Of a stretch of 64,000 bases of DNA, positions 1 to 10,036 are shown piece after piece (the stretch's first letter is position 1; each line of letters begins with the position of its first letter). Source of the stretch: Polymyxa betae A26-41 (taxonomy: Eukaryota; Protista; Endomyxa: Phytomyxea); contig RBZT01000578.1 of NCBI GenBank assembly GCA_003693705.1, positions 62,001 to 126,000 on the forward strand, read 5' to 3'. A model generated the notes under the pieces. That model did no database searches. It worked only from the letters and a program-made list of their open reading frames with translations, and was not told the origin of the DNA. The translations under genes were made by a program, and so were the position numbers.

Positions 1-2388
1 CAGAATCACAATCTCGGTTAATGCGAGAGCTGATTGAAGTTCTTGAATCTGGCCAAGAGGAGAGCTCTAAGCTTGAAGCTTTGGAAATTCGGATGCAAAT
101 GCTGCCATTGACTGACCAAGACTTGGTCGATATCCTGAGACGCCAGCTCGATTTGAAAATTGACTGTTCTGAATCGCTTCATCAACTAATCGATCGCCAT
201 GCTTTGCCTGATTTCATCGTCGACGACGTTTTGTCCGATATATTCGCAAAAACTGTCGCCTCAAATAGTGAAGACGTCTGGTCGAGAACTCTTTCGCTGC
301 TGGTTAAACTATCTGAATCTTGTCACTCTAAAGCTGTTCTGCAACATCTAGTTTCGTTGTCTCTCATTTATCGCCGAATATTCACACTGGATAAGCCGTT
401 CTTCAAGCGTGCATGCTGCGCGCTGCTACGCCTGATTCCGAACGATTGCTTTGCATGGGCCGCGTTGGGCTGTATTTCTGTTCGTCCTCTGCATGATGCT
501 CCTGAGAATCTCGAACAAGTCCGTGCTGCAATACGAATTGGTGAACTCGCCACAGCTAAAGTGCCCTTTCCTAAGAACGAGCCATTGCCTCTGGCTATTG
601 TGATCGCCGAATCTTTTGATATTACGATCAGTTTACAATTGGAACTGCGCCCGCTTGATCTCGTGTCAATGAAAGTTCGTTTAAGATCGGCCTTAGATTT
701 AATAGAAGGCATTTTTCAAAGATGCCCACAATTATCTACTTGGAAAGACAGCATGAAAACCAGTTTGCGTATTAATGCATGTCTATTTCAATCTGTTCCT
801 GAATCAGCAAGCTATTTGGAGTCGCGTCACAATCTCCATCCTCGAGCAAGGCGCGCTCTTATTAGCAGGCTAATCGAATGCAGTCGATTCTCAGCTGCTG
901 TCAAATTTATCGAACAATTTTGGCCTGAAGACCCACCCACATGGGCATTATCTGCATTATCTTGGTGTCGGTTCAAGATTGCCGGTTGTCAACAGACAGA
1001 TGCATTCTTAAATATCGCCGTATCTGTTATCAATCGCTCTCCACGCTGCGCTCTGTACCATACCAGAGTTGGTCTGATGTATTTTGCTATTGAAGATAAT
1101 GTCGACATAAATAAGCGTCTCGCTCTGGATTGTTTCATGACCTCAGCTCGAATAGATCCTCTATCCAGCCATCCTTGGACTGTAAGGCCCATTTCAAAAC
1201 ATTTAAAAAGTTTACGCTCCCTTGTTTTCACCATTCTTTCTTCAATAACAGTGATGCTTGTTTATGTTTATTTGTTTTCAGTGTCTCGGACGTTATTACC
1301 TGGAGTACAAGAAAGACGCAAATCGAGCCCTAAAATGCTTTCGTAAAGCCGTCTCTTTGGATCCTACCGATTCAGAGGCTGCCATGGCTTTATGTGAACT
1401 GGTTCTACCTGCTTCTGACGAGATCGTATCCGTATGTAAAGCTGCCATCGACACAAACTCGTTTTTTTGCGAATGGCCTTGGCGCTATCTTCTTGAAGCT
1501 CGACTTCAACGCGAGGAGTGGCTGGATTGTGTCGGAGCAATCCAGAATTTGCTGAAAGCCACCCCAAATGATGTCCGCCTATGGACCCAGCTCGGTTTTG
1601 TCTATTTACGAATGGGCAAGTTCCAGTCTAGTGCTCGTGCGTACTCGCAAGCAGTTAAAGTTGACCACAGTAACATTCGGGCTCATTATTCATTGGCCGA
1701 TGTTTATCTTCGAATGTATCAACCTGCCGATGCAATTACAGAACTGGAGCACACCTTGTCCTTGGAAGTGGGTGGACTTCGCCCTGCCATTGTTGAGTTG
1801 TTGCGGCAAACGTATTACGAAAACGGTAAACAACTGGCACAATCAGGGGAGTTTGACAATTCAAAGCAGCAATTCGACCGAGCTATTGATCTCCCAATTT
1901 CGGAATCAGCTTTTCTGGAGACTTGGAAATTGATTGGGGATATCCAGCTTGCTCGCTCTGATCCGTTATTAGCAGGAAAAGCATACGCTCGTGCTGTATT
2001 CAGATACCCTTCTTTGCCGGATTCGTGGTATGATCTCGGTATTGCTCTGTATAAAGCAGGTTTTATATCTGCAGCTGCTCATTCCTTGAGATCTGCAATC
2101 GTTCTGCGTCCAGAGTACTCTGACGCATGGATTGCTTTAGCCTTCACAATTCCGCTCACAAAATCCAAGTTACGCTCCTATTGTCTCTCTCGTGCAGTGA
2201 AGTCATCTGGTCATCGAAGCGCTCCCGCATGGACTGCTTTTGCGCTTTTGGCGTTACAGTATGGCGATATCAATGCAGCTCAAAAGGCGGTTGTGGAAGC
2301 TCAACGCAACGACCCTGTATTTGATCATCTTCCAACCGCTCAGGGGCTGGTTTTTAGAGCATCGGTTGCCTTAACGAATGGAAGCTGA
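1..2388 (+). CDS. SKI3: Superkiller complex protein 3 (SKI3/TTC37)-like TPR protein, 5' end probably upstream of window
   Basis: ORFs 21-1346 and 1258-2388 join through a GT-AG intron at 1182-1281, giving ...SARIDPLSSHPWT|CLGRYYLEYKKDANRALKCFRKAVSLDPTD...WPWRYL...LWTQLGFVYLRMGKFQSS. This matches the central TPR block of TTC37/Ski3. An AATAAA follows the stop at about 2404. Confidence 0.8.
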
Positions 2389-2599
2389 CAAATCCTTTTT
2401 GACAATAAAATTGCCATAAGGTAACTATCACAATTGTACTTTTTTCGCAAATCAATCGCTTTCTGTGTACTTGCTAAAAAGCCACAGCAATGCCGGACTC
2501 GCAGATACTATCAGAAAGGCAGCGAACGTAATTTTAATTACGACAAGCCCAGTTGAGAAATCTCCTGAACTTCGTATCTTCCCAACGGTACTTGAGTCT

Positions 2600-4420
2600 T
2601 TAAGCAGCGAGTACCACGGGAGCGTATTTGAACGCTATTTGGATCTGTCCCAGAATTAACTGGCCTGAATCTCGGCTTTTTAAAGAAAACCAATCTTGGA
2701 CTTCCATGCACTGAACGCCACTTCCAAATCCAGATAAAACCCATTCGAATGAAACTGCAGATTATTAACTCAATTGAAGATTGATTATTTTACGAGTTAC
2801 CTGTCAGATAGCCTAAATCTTCATCGGTACCATAAAATTTTTGTCCCTTAACTACAAACAGCATAGTTTCTTGCGCAATCTGCTCATTAATTTCGACCAT
2901 AAATGTTTGATTAGTCCAAGTGGCATCATTTATGGACTCTGAAGCTGGTGTAACAAACTGAGCCTTTTTGATCCCAGGAATCTGCACAACAACGTATGGC
3001 TTTGAGAGCCACGATGCTGATGATAGGTTTCTGGCGCCAAGGATCGACACCTTATTATGATTTAAAAACACAATGAAAAAGCCGTTGTAGGACAAGCTGT
3101 ACCTGCAAGATTCCAGGGACATTTAAGACATGTGCCTGTCTTTTTGGTGTAAAGTTCAAAATCAGATTCATCACATCGGTTAGCGAAACAAGCCCAACTG
3201 GGTACATTTTGGAATCGACAACCCTTACATTCCAAATCTCAGTATCATCAGAAAGACGATAGAAACGATCAGGCATACCAAAGCCTATGGAGCTTCTCAT
3301 CTGCCAAAGTTTCTATAATATTGCCAACCGTTGAGTTTTTGGTGCAGCTAATTACATTTAATGAGGCAGGACTTCGTTCTGTTCCGACGTTAACAATGGA
3401 TTCGAAGTGGATAGCGATGACAACATTACGGCGTAGATAATCTTCAACTGGAAACGTGAGAAAGTGGGCGTCTTTATCGGTGATGTCTCTTAAGTCAGAC
3501 AAGCTGAAGTTTCCCATGAGGTTGTTCTCATCGCTGACTATAGCGACAGCATAAACATTGTTTTTTTCCATCGTTCTAATAACGTCTACAACTGATATAC
3601 GCCCTGATACAGTAATAATCTAGGACAAACGAATATTTCCTCATGTTGCACATTTACAGCTCTCCTACCTTGCGTTGGTCCCATCCGACGTCGACAGCTG
3701 TCGTGGAAGCAAATTCCACCATTTGAGGAAATCTTAACTGTTTCCGTCTGTGGACTGTAATGAGTTTTGAAAGGTCAACGCAGCATAAGCTTACACGTAG
3801 CGAATCAAATCCGATTGTGAAACCAGAGAAGAAACCTTGAAGCTCTCATCAAAAATCGCACAGCGATGGACACCGGAGGCAAAAATCTCAACAACAACAA
3901 GCGCTGCGGTTCTGCCGAACAGGTGGATAAACGGATTGCGTTTCGATTGTCCTGGAAGCAATCGGCTACCAGTATTATTAAAACGACGACAGCATCCAAC
4001 CTGCTACCGCATCAAGACGATCAGACATATGCTGTTTACCAATTTAGGATTGACAATGAAGTATTGAAAACCACAAACCTCAACTGCTTCGTTCAGATTT
4101 CCATTGCTCTTTCGTATCAAGTAAGAGACGATATCAAGATAGTCGATAAATCCGAAAGCTGTATTTCCTTAGCAATAATAGCGAGATCAGGTCATTGTGC
4201 TACCAGCTCCAGACGAGTTTAATACAGGAGCAGATAAGATACGACGAGCTCCCAAACCAGCGAGGGCTTGACGAATGGAATTGCCACATTCCAAGACGAA
4301 CACGTCTCGGACGCTGATTAGATCCTGGATAGGCACCCGCAGAATCTGATCCAGAAACGGGTGTCTGGCACGATCTCTATCAAAACCAGCTGTTGGCAAG
4401 ACGACACTAACATCCGCCAT
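2600..4420 (-). CDS. CBS-domain (AMPK-gamma/SNF4-like) protein with C-terminal C2 domain, multi-exon
   Basis: Exons carry CBS motifs (RRILSAPVL; VYAVAIVSDENNLMGNFSLSDLR; VVDSKMYPVGLVSLTDVM), then a C2 fold (VSILGARNLS...KPYVVVQ...ATWTNQTF...DEDLGYLT|VSFEW...GQIQIAFKY). ATG at 4420, TAA at 2600-2602. Confidence 0.75.
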
Positions 4421-4846
4421 CGTTTCTATTATTGAAAACTGATGAATTAACGGACGATCCATCGCTTCTATAACAAAGAGACAATGTGTATGTAGAATCG
4501 TCTTTATCACCAGACATAGAAACATAGATACAGTCATCTCACAGACTGGATCTCAGTAAGGAGAGCGACATACGCCTGTTGCTTAGCAGCGTATTTGTGG
4601 GGCACTGTGTCATATGAGTGGTAGACAGACAGCGTTGAGTGTTAATGTGGGGCAGCTATGAATGTAACCAACTGAGTCAAGAGAGTCATGATGAGAGGGA
4701 GAGCCCTTCATGAGGCTGTGGGTATCCCTGTCTCTCTTTGACGCTCATTCTGGGTCATTCTCGATCCCATCCCGTTCACTGACTGCATGTCATTGGCGTT
4801 GGGATATTGCCGATCGCCTATCTGGAGCCGGCATAGGCCAGACATC

Positions 4847-5557
4847 ATGACTGTCCATATTGCAGAGAATCAGAATCTAGGCGGAATTGATGAATCCGAT
4901 GGGGAGCCCAGCGGTAACTGGAGTCGGGATCAAATCGTGAATTTGAACGTCGGAGGGGAGTGCTTTTCAACCCGGATTGGGACACTGACCGACACTGGCG
5001 GTAAACTTCCTGTTTTGATTAAAACTGATGGACTGAAAGTGTAATAATCATTTATAGGTACATACTTTTCTAATGCATTTTCCGGAAAGTTTTTGATTGA
5101 GGAGACACATTTTATCGATCGTGATCCACGATTGTTTCGAATAGTTTTACACTATCTAAGGACAAGGTCTGTAATGGTAAGTGATTTTTTGAGAATTTAG
5201 TACCGTTGGTATATCTATGATCTCTGTTTGAATGGTAGAGAATTTATTGGCTGAACAGGTTCCTGAAGGTCCCGAATATCTTTATCTTTATAGATCGTTG
5301 CTTGAAGAAGCCCGGTATTTCGGTATCGACTCAATGGCTGATTTCATCTCCAAAATGATCACCAAATACGAAGAGTGGTATGAACAATACTAAGTCGTTA
5401 ATTTATTTTCACGAAATGCCTGAACAGCTTTCAAAAAGTGAAACCGGATAAGATCGGTTTTGAAGACTTCGGTGATGATTTCTCGCCTGTTCCAATCATA
5501 TCTCGGGAAAGGATAATTCCGACAGATCCGATTCGGTTTGACGATTTTGATTTTTAG
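4847..5557 (+). CDS. BTB/POZ (KCTD, T1-type) domain protein
   Basis: IVNLNVGGECFSTRIGTL...YFSNAFSGKF...FIDRDPRLFRIVLHYLRT...LLEEARYFGI, assembled across three short GT-AG introns. Confidence 0.85.
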
Positions 5558-5598
5558 TCTGTGCATCGCAATATGCCAATATATATATATTTCGCAGC

Positions 5599-6520
5599 TT
5601 AGCTTTTTCTTCTGGTTAGGTGGTCGTAAATCACAACCTGAATGTATTCCGTTGTCTGAATCTCTGTTCTTGATGAGTTATCTCCTGTATAGCCCTGAAA
5701 GCATAGCTCAGCTGACAGTTTGATAATCAGTTCTGCATTATTACTTTTGGATCCACGTTTATCACCTTTCTGTCTCGGTTATTCTTGAACATCAGTCCGT
5801 CAATCTGATCGGCAATGATCTAGCAAATGTTCAACAGTAATCTAAACTTAGTCTGCAATCCAAAACCTGAAAGTTGGAGTTCGATGTAGAGACAGCGCTC
5901 TGTGTATCCCAGTTGTAGAAGCTAAGATCATTGGAATTCGGAAGCAGTCGCTTTCTGCCATCAAAATACGGCGTGAAATCTTCTCTTTTCAGTCGATCGG
6001 CATAGTCAATGAACCCGCTGATCTCTTGTCCTCGGTTATTCAGGTCTCGAATGAAGATGATCGACTGGTTTTGCAATTAGCTTTAGTACATGGCAATTGG
6101 TTGAGATTACAGTTAGCTTCCCGTTGCGAATATTCTCTTCACGTTCGGCAAGAGCTTTCAGGAATGGGGAATGTTCAAGATTTTTTCCAGCACCGCAGAG
6201 TGACTGATTTCCGACCTTCTGTATGGGGCGTGACTTCTCTTCCATCTGTTCCACTCGGGCTTGAAATTCGGTCCGTTTCAATGTGTCCCCATGACCTCTA
6301 TATCCCAACTCCACGAGACATCTAGCAAGGTTGATATCCTGGACATATATTAGGCTTTACTGAAATGTATCTAGTCTGAGGCTGATACCTGAAGATAGAA
6401 GATGTCTCTTTCTTTGATTTGGTTATCAAGATAGTCTTCATAGCAACTGAATTCGGTCATAGGGTTACCGCTATACTTTGGGTCATGGCCGAGGAAGAAG
6501 GAACTCGTTGAGGATGCCAT
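5599..6520 (-). CDS. CFAP299: Cilia- and flagella-associated protein 299 (C4orf22/DUF4464 family)
   Basis: Spliced motifs [26 protein letters not shown]|[56 protein letters not shown] and C-terminal [15 protein letters not shown]. Confidence 0.9.
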
Positions 6521-6572
6521 CAATAATCAATATGGACTAAGTCTGTGTCAGGGTACGGTTAAAGAGCAACCG

Positions 6573-6740
6573 TTCCACTAATGGGTAGATCATTTGTTTT
6601 ATCAAAGATGGCGATCTTGATTTGGAAGCTATTCACTAATGGGTAGGTCACCTGTTTGATGACGATCTCGATTTGGAGCTATTCACTAAAACGTAGATCA
6701 TCTGTTTTGTGAAAGATTGCGATCTCGATTTGGGAGCTAT
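6573..6740. repeat. Degenerate tandem repeat, 3 copies of a 50-60 bp unit
   Basis: The unit ttcactaa..gtagatcat.tgtttt....aaagat.gcgatctcgatttgg.agcta begins at about 6573, 6632 and 6682. Confidence 0.85.
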
Positions 6741-6778
6741 CAAAACATTATGGTGCTGCACGGTTGCATTCATTTGCG

Positions 6779-7489
6779 TCACCTCATCCAAGCGTTTATG
6801 ATGGAACGGAGTAGAGAATAAGCACAGGCGCAGGGCGTCATCCGAATTCCATGGTCGCCGTCTTTCAATAAAGAGCCATCGCGTTCAGCCGTCAGACTCG
6901 AATCGTCATCGTCAAAAATCTCGATCACCACGTAATCAGATGAACGAGACGATCTATTCGATGAGCTCGGCCTGGACAACGCCTCCCAGGGCCAGGGATC
7001 GGGAAATGATCTCCGTCTTCGCAACGACGATTTCTTGACTGGTGATCCAGCTGAATCAGAATACCGCTCTCGATTCCGAACGTCCACTCCATTCATAGAT
7101 TGTCTGGTCGCCTCATCATGCAAATCATCTTCGACCTTGTGAGACTGATCGGCAGGGATATCGATTCTGGCGACGGCTTCAGTATATTCTGATCGTATCG
7201 GGCGAGTGTTCAGCGTTTCTGGGACCGGATTTGCCGAGCTTACATGATCAGAATTGGCGTCGTCGGTCATGATTTCTTGGGTGACTTTGGTCACCCTTTC
7301 AGCGACCAGAACGCCCAGAATCCGTTCCTCGTCCAGCGTATGTTGCTGTTCGTTGGAATTCGAATGGCATTCGTTATCAGGAAATGAGAGAATCGTCTTC
7401 GTATTTAATACCTGATTCGTTAAAGCTGACGATATGCTCAGCCACATTGGCCGTCTTGAATCCACGACCCTGTTAAATATATAGAGCAT
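6779..7489 (-). CDS. Hypothetical low-complexity Ser/Asp/Arg-rich protein, start uncertain
   Basis: 236-codon ORF with no recognisable domain. Confidence 0.45.
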   Translation of the reverse strand: MLYIFNRVVDSRRPMWLSISSALTNQVLNTKTILSFPDNECHSNSNEQQHTLDEERILGVLVAERVTKVTQEIMTDDANSDHVSSANPVPETLNTRPIRSEYTEAVARIDIPADQSHKVEDDLHDEATRQSMNGVDVRNRERYSDSAGSPVKKSSLRRRRSFPDPWPWEALSRPSSSNRSSRSSDYVVIEIFDDDDSSLTAERDGSLLKDGDHGIRMTPCACAYSLLRSIINAWMR

Positions 7490-7849
7490 GGACTGATCCT
7501 GTGATTGTTCCCATCGGGCAGATCTATTCCTCCATTAATCAGAGGCCGACATCGTATTGGGCGATCCGGGCGACGTCCACCCAACCTATGAAGCATCTCC
7601 ATGCCTGATCATTGCTCCATATGTTGCATGTCATGCGGTCACCGCCGTCGCTCTCAAACATGCCGTCGTGCCGAGCGTTCGGTACTGGGGGCCAGTGCGA
7701 CGGACTTCACCGAACCAGTGGCCGACTTAAACATAACGACCGCCGCCGAATATCGAACGGTGGCGGACGCCGACAAATCGATGAATTCTCGGTAGGATGC
7801 GAAACTGGAACCGACCCCGTTTCATCATAATTCTAATCGTTTGAATCCA

Positions 7850-8476
7850 ATGTCGAGTTCTGGACAACAATCATCGGAGAGCTGGGCTGATAAGGCCAAG
7901 CAGCAGACCGCCGAGGTTCTGCACGCCGGTCGTGAGAAGGTTCAAGGCGAGTCGTTGACCGATCGAGCCAAGGATAAATATCATGAAGGCGCTCAGAAAG
8001 TGGGTGCGGAAGAGCCGTCGTTGATGGAGAAGATGAAGGGCAAGGTTGAGCAAGGATATGAAACGCTGAAGGAGAAGGGACAGCAGGCGAAAGAATCTAT
8101 TAGTGAACAAGGACAGAAGGCGAAAGAGGCGGCTGGTCAAGGCCAGGAGCAGTCTCAACGAGGCGAACAATCGTTCGGGGAGAAGCTGCGAGAAGGGTCT
8201 CAAACAGCCAAGGAGAAGTATCAAGAAGCAGGATCCAGCAGCCGTGGTGAAAGTCGTCCGGAATCATGGAAGGAGGCGGCGAAAGAGCGGACCGGGGAAG
8301 CTCTGGGTCGTGCTGAGCAGACAATGCATCAACCCAACCTCACCGAGAAGGCCAAAGAATCGGTGACCCGCGAGAACGAACCGGAATCATTGATTGAGAA
8401 GGCTGGACGGAAGCTGGGTGAGGCTATTAAAGGCGCTGGCGAATATGTCCAACATAAGACCAGTACGGGCGAATAG
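7850..8476 (+). CDS. LEA-like hydrophilic repeat protein
   Basis: Intronless, rich in E/K/Q/G/A, with no Cys. A helical motif recurs: SWADKAK, SLTDRAK, SLMEKMK, SFGEKLR, SWKEAAK, NLTEKAK, SLIEKAG. Confidence 0.7.
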   Translation: MSSSGQQSSESWADKAKQQTAEVLHAGREKVQGESLTDRAKDKYHEGAQKVGAEEPSLMEKMKGKVEQGYETLKEKGQQAKESISEQGQKAKEAAGQGQEQSQRGEQSFGEKLREGSQTAKEKYQEAGSSSRGESRPESWKEAAKERTGEALGRAEQTMHQPNLTEKAKESVTRENEPESLIEKAGRKLGEAIKGAGEYVQHKTSTGE

Positions 8477-8723
8477 ACGCCTTAACACGTTCGATCGAAC
8501 GACGGCGTCGTCTATCATGGAAATTGCAATCGCTTCTTTTATTAATAAATCTGGAATCGTTGTAGCTGATGCCATTCTCACTCCATGAACTGATCGATTA
8601 AAGATATCAAAATCATCTTTTGGGAGATATTTCTGCACAGCCGATGATCGTCGTCGATTCGCCGGCGACCGATGCCAAATCGCGGTGGCGTCGTCTACGA
8701 GATTTAATCCGGCTGTATGCAAC

Positions 8724-9915
8724 ATGGAAGCAGAGCGTCCTCCCCAACCAGGTGATAGTCTTGCTAAGGACGATTATGGCGATCTGAATCAGGTTAGAGT
8801 AAAGAGGCTGGCGGTCGCCGAATCAGATCGCGGATTCGTTGCTCGAATCGGAATGTCTATCAGAATGGGATGATCAAGCGCTGGGCGAACAGTCGAGGGA
8901 AGACGGCGGCGACCGTCCCGATTCTAACACAGACGAAGCGACATTATCGGCAGCTGTTCGCCATGCTCGATCGTCATACAACGGGATGTGTTCATGCTGA
9001 TGATCTTATTGAGGCAGCACGACATTGTCAGATCGAACTCAGTCGAGATCAGGTTCTGGGTTTAAGGGTTTTAGGGTTCTGTGTCGATTCGGGCGACCTG
9101 GGTATTGTGAAGCGATTCTAAACGAGATGTGTGTTAGGCGCGCGCCATGATCGCCAACTACGACGATAATCACGACGATAGCGTCGATTTCAACGAATTT
9201 CAGAATCTGATGGATCGCGATATTCGATCTTTGAGCAATCGAGGTTTATGAGAGACGCGTCTCGTCCTGAGCTCGATCTCTGATTAAGACGTTCATAGAG
9301 CTATCGGGCGGGTATCCACTCATGTTCTTCATGATCGCCTGGCAGCGCAGGTCGTACCCGACCCACCCCGCCCGTGATCCATGGGTCGCCCAAATCACGT
9401 GTCTGAGCACCCGCGTCGTACAGGACCCTGATGTCGCGTCTGATCGAGACGATGGCGCTCACGCAATCCGACCTGCGGATCCTGAAACAGACCCGGCGTC
9501 TGGCCGCCGAGATTCGCGATCGCGAAGCCGCCGAACAAATCGACCGGTACTGGAAGGATCAAGGTCGGTTTATGCGCCCCGGGGCCGTACTGGCTCGTCG
9601 TCGTCATTCACCCGCCCCTATCCCGACTCTGCATTTCAGTGAAGAACGCGAGATCGAATCGCCAGGAGGGCGATGATGCCCAGCGACAGATGGACGGCGC
9701 CGAGCAGCACGCGTTCCGACGTCTGCACGAGCGCCTTTACAAGAATCGCACATTTCGCCGATTTCGGGATCCGAATCGGATCACGCTGGTCGAGGTCGGG
9801 CCAGCACCACATGCAGATGGCGTTGCCGCCCTCAGATATGTTTCAGGCTCATGCGAAGCTCCGCATCTCGAATCGTCTCCTGGACCTGTATGGGTACGAA
9901 CAGCAATCACAATGA
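8724..9915 (+). CDS. EF-hand protein, multi-exon, 3' end uncertain
   Basis: Introns 8793-8863 and 9053-9137 join LFAMLDRHTTGCVHADDL...SRDQ|ARAMIANYDDNHDDSVDFNEFQNLM, an EF-hand pair. Confidence 0.65.
9058..9078 (+). repeat. Telomere-like repeat inside intron 9053-9137
   Basis: gggtttaagggttttagggtt starts 5 nt after the first base of the GT donor. Confidence 0.8.
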
Positions 9916-9932
9916 GTTTATTGGGGACGGAC

Positions 9933-9947
9933 TAGGGTTTAGGGTTT
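9933..9947 (+). repeat. Telomere-like (telo-box-like) repeat upstream of NOM1
   Basis: tagggtttagggttt lies about 90 bp before the NOM1 ATG at 10037. Confidence 0.7.
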
Positions 9948-10036
9948 GTGGAAAGTCGAAATACAATTTGAAAATATTTGCGCACTCCGTGACGGGAATT
10001 GCAATTCCCGAATCCAGAGGCGGTCTGTTTGATAAT

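Noticed and set aside
4685-4790. Candidate box C/D snoRNA (ATGATGA...CTGA) in a bidirectional promoter
   Set aside because: The terminal stem is very weak and I recognised no rRNA or snRNA target.
6573-6740. CRISPR-like array
   Set aside because: The units are degenerate tandem copies without unique spacers, the context is eukaryotic, and there are no cas genes.
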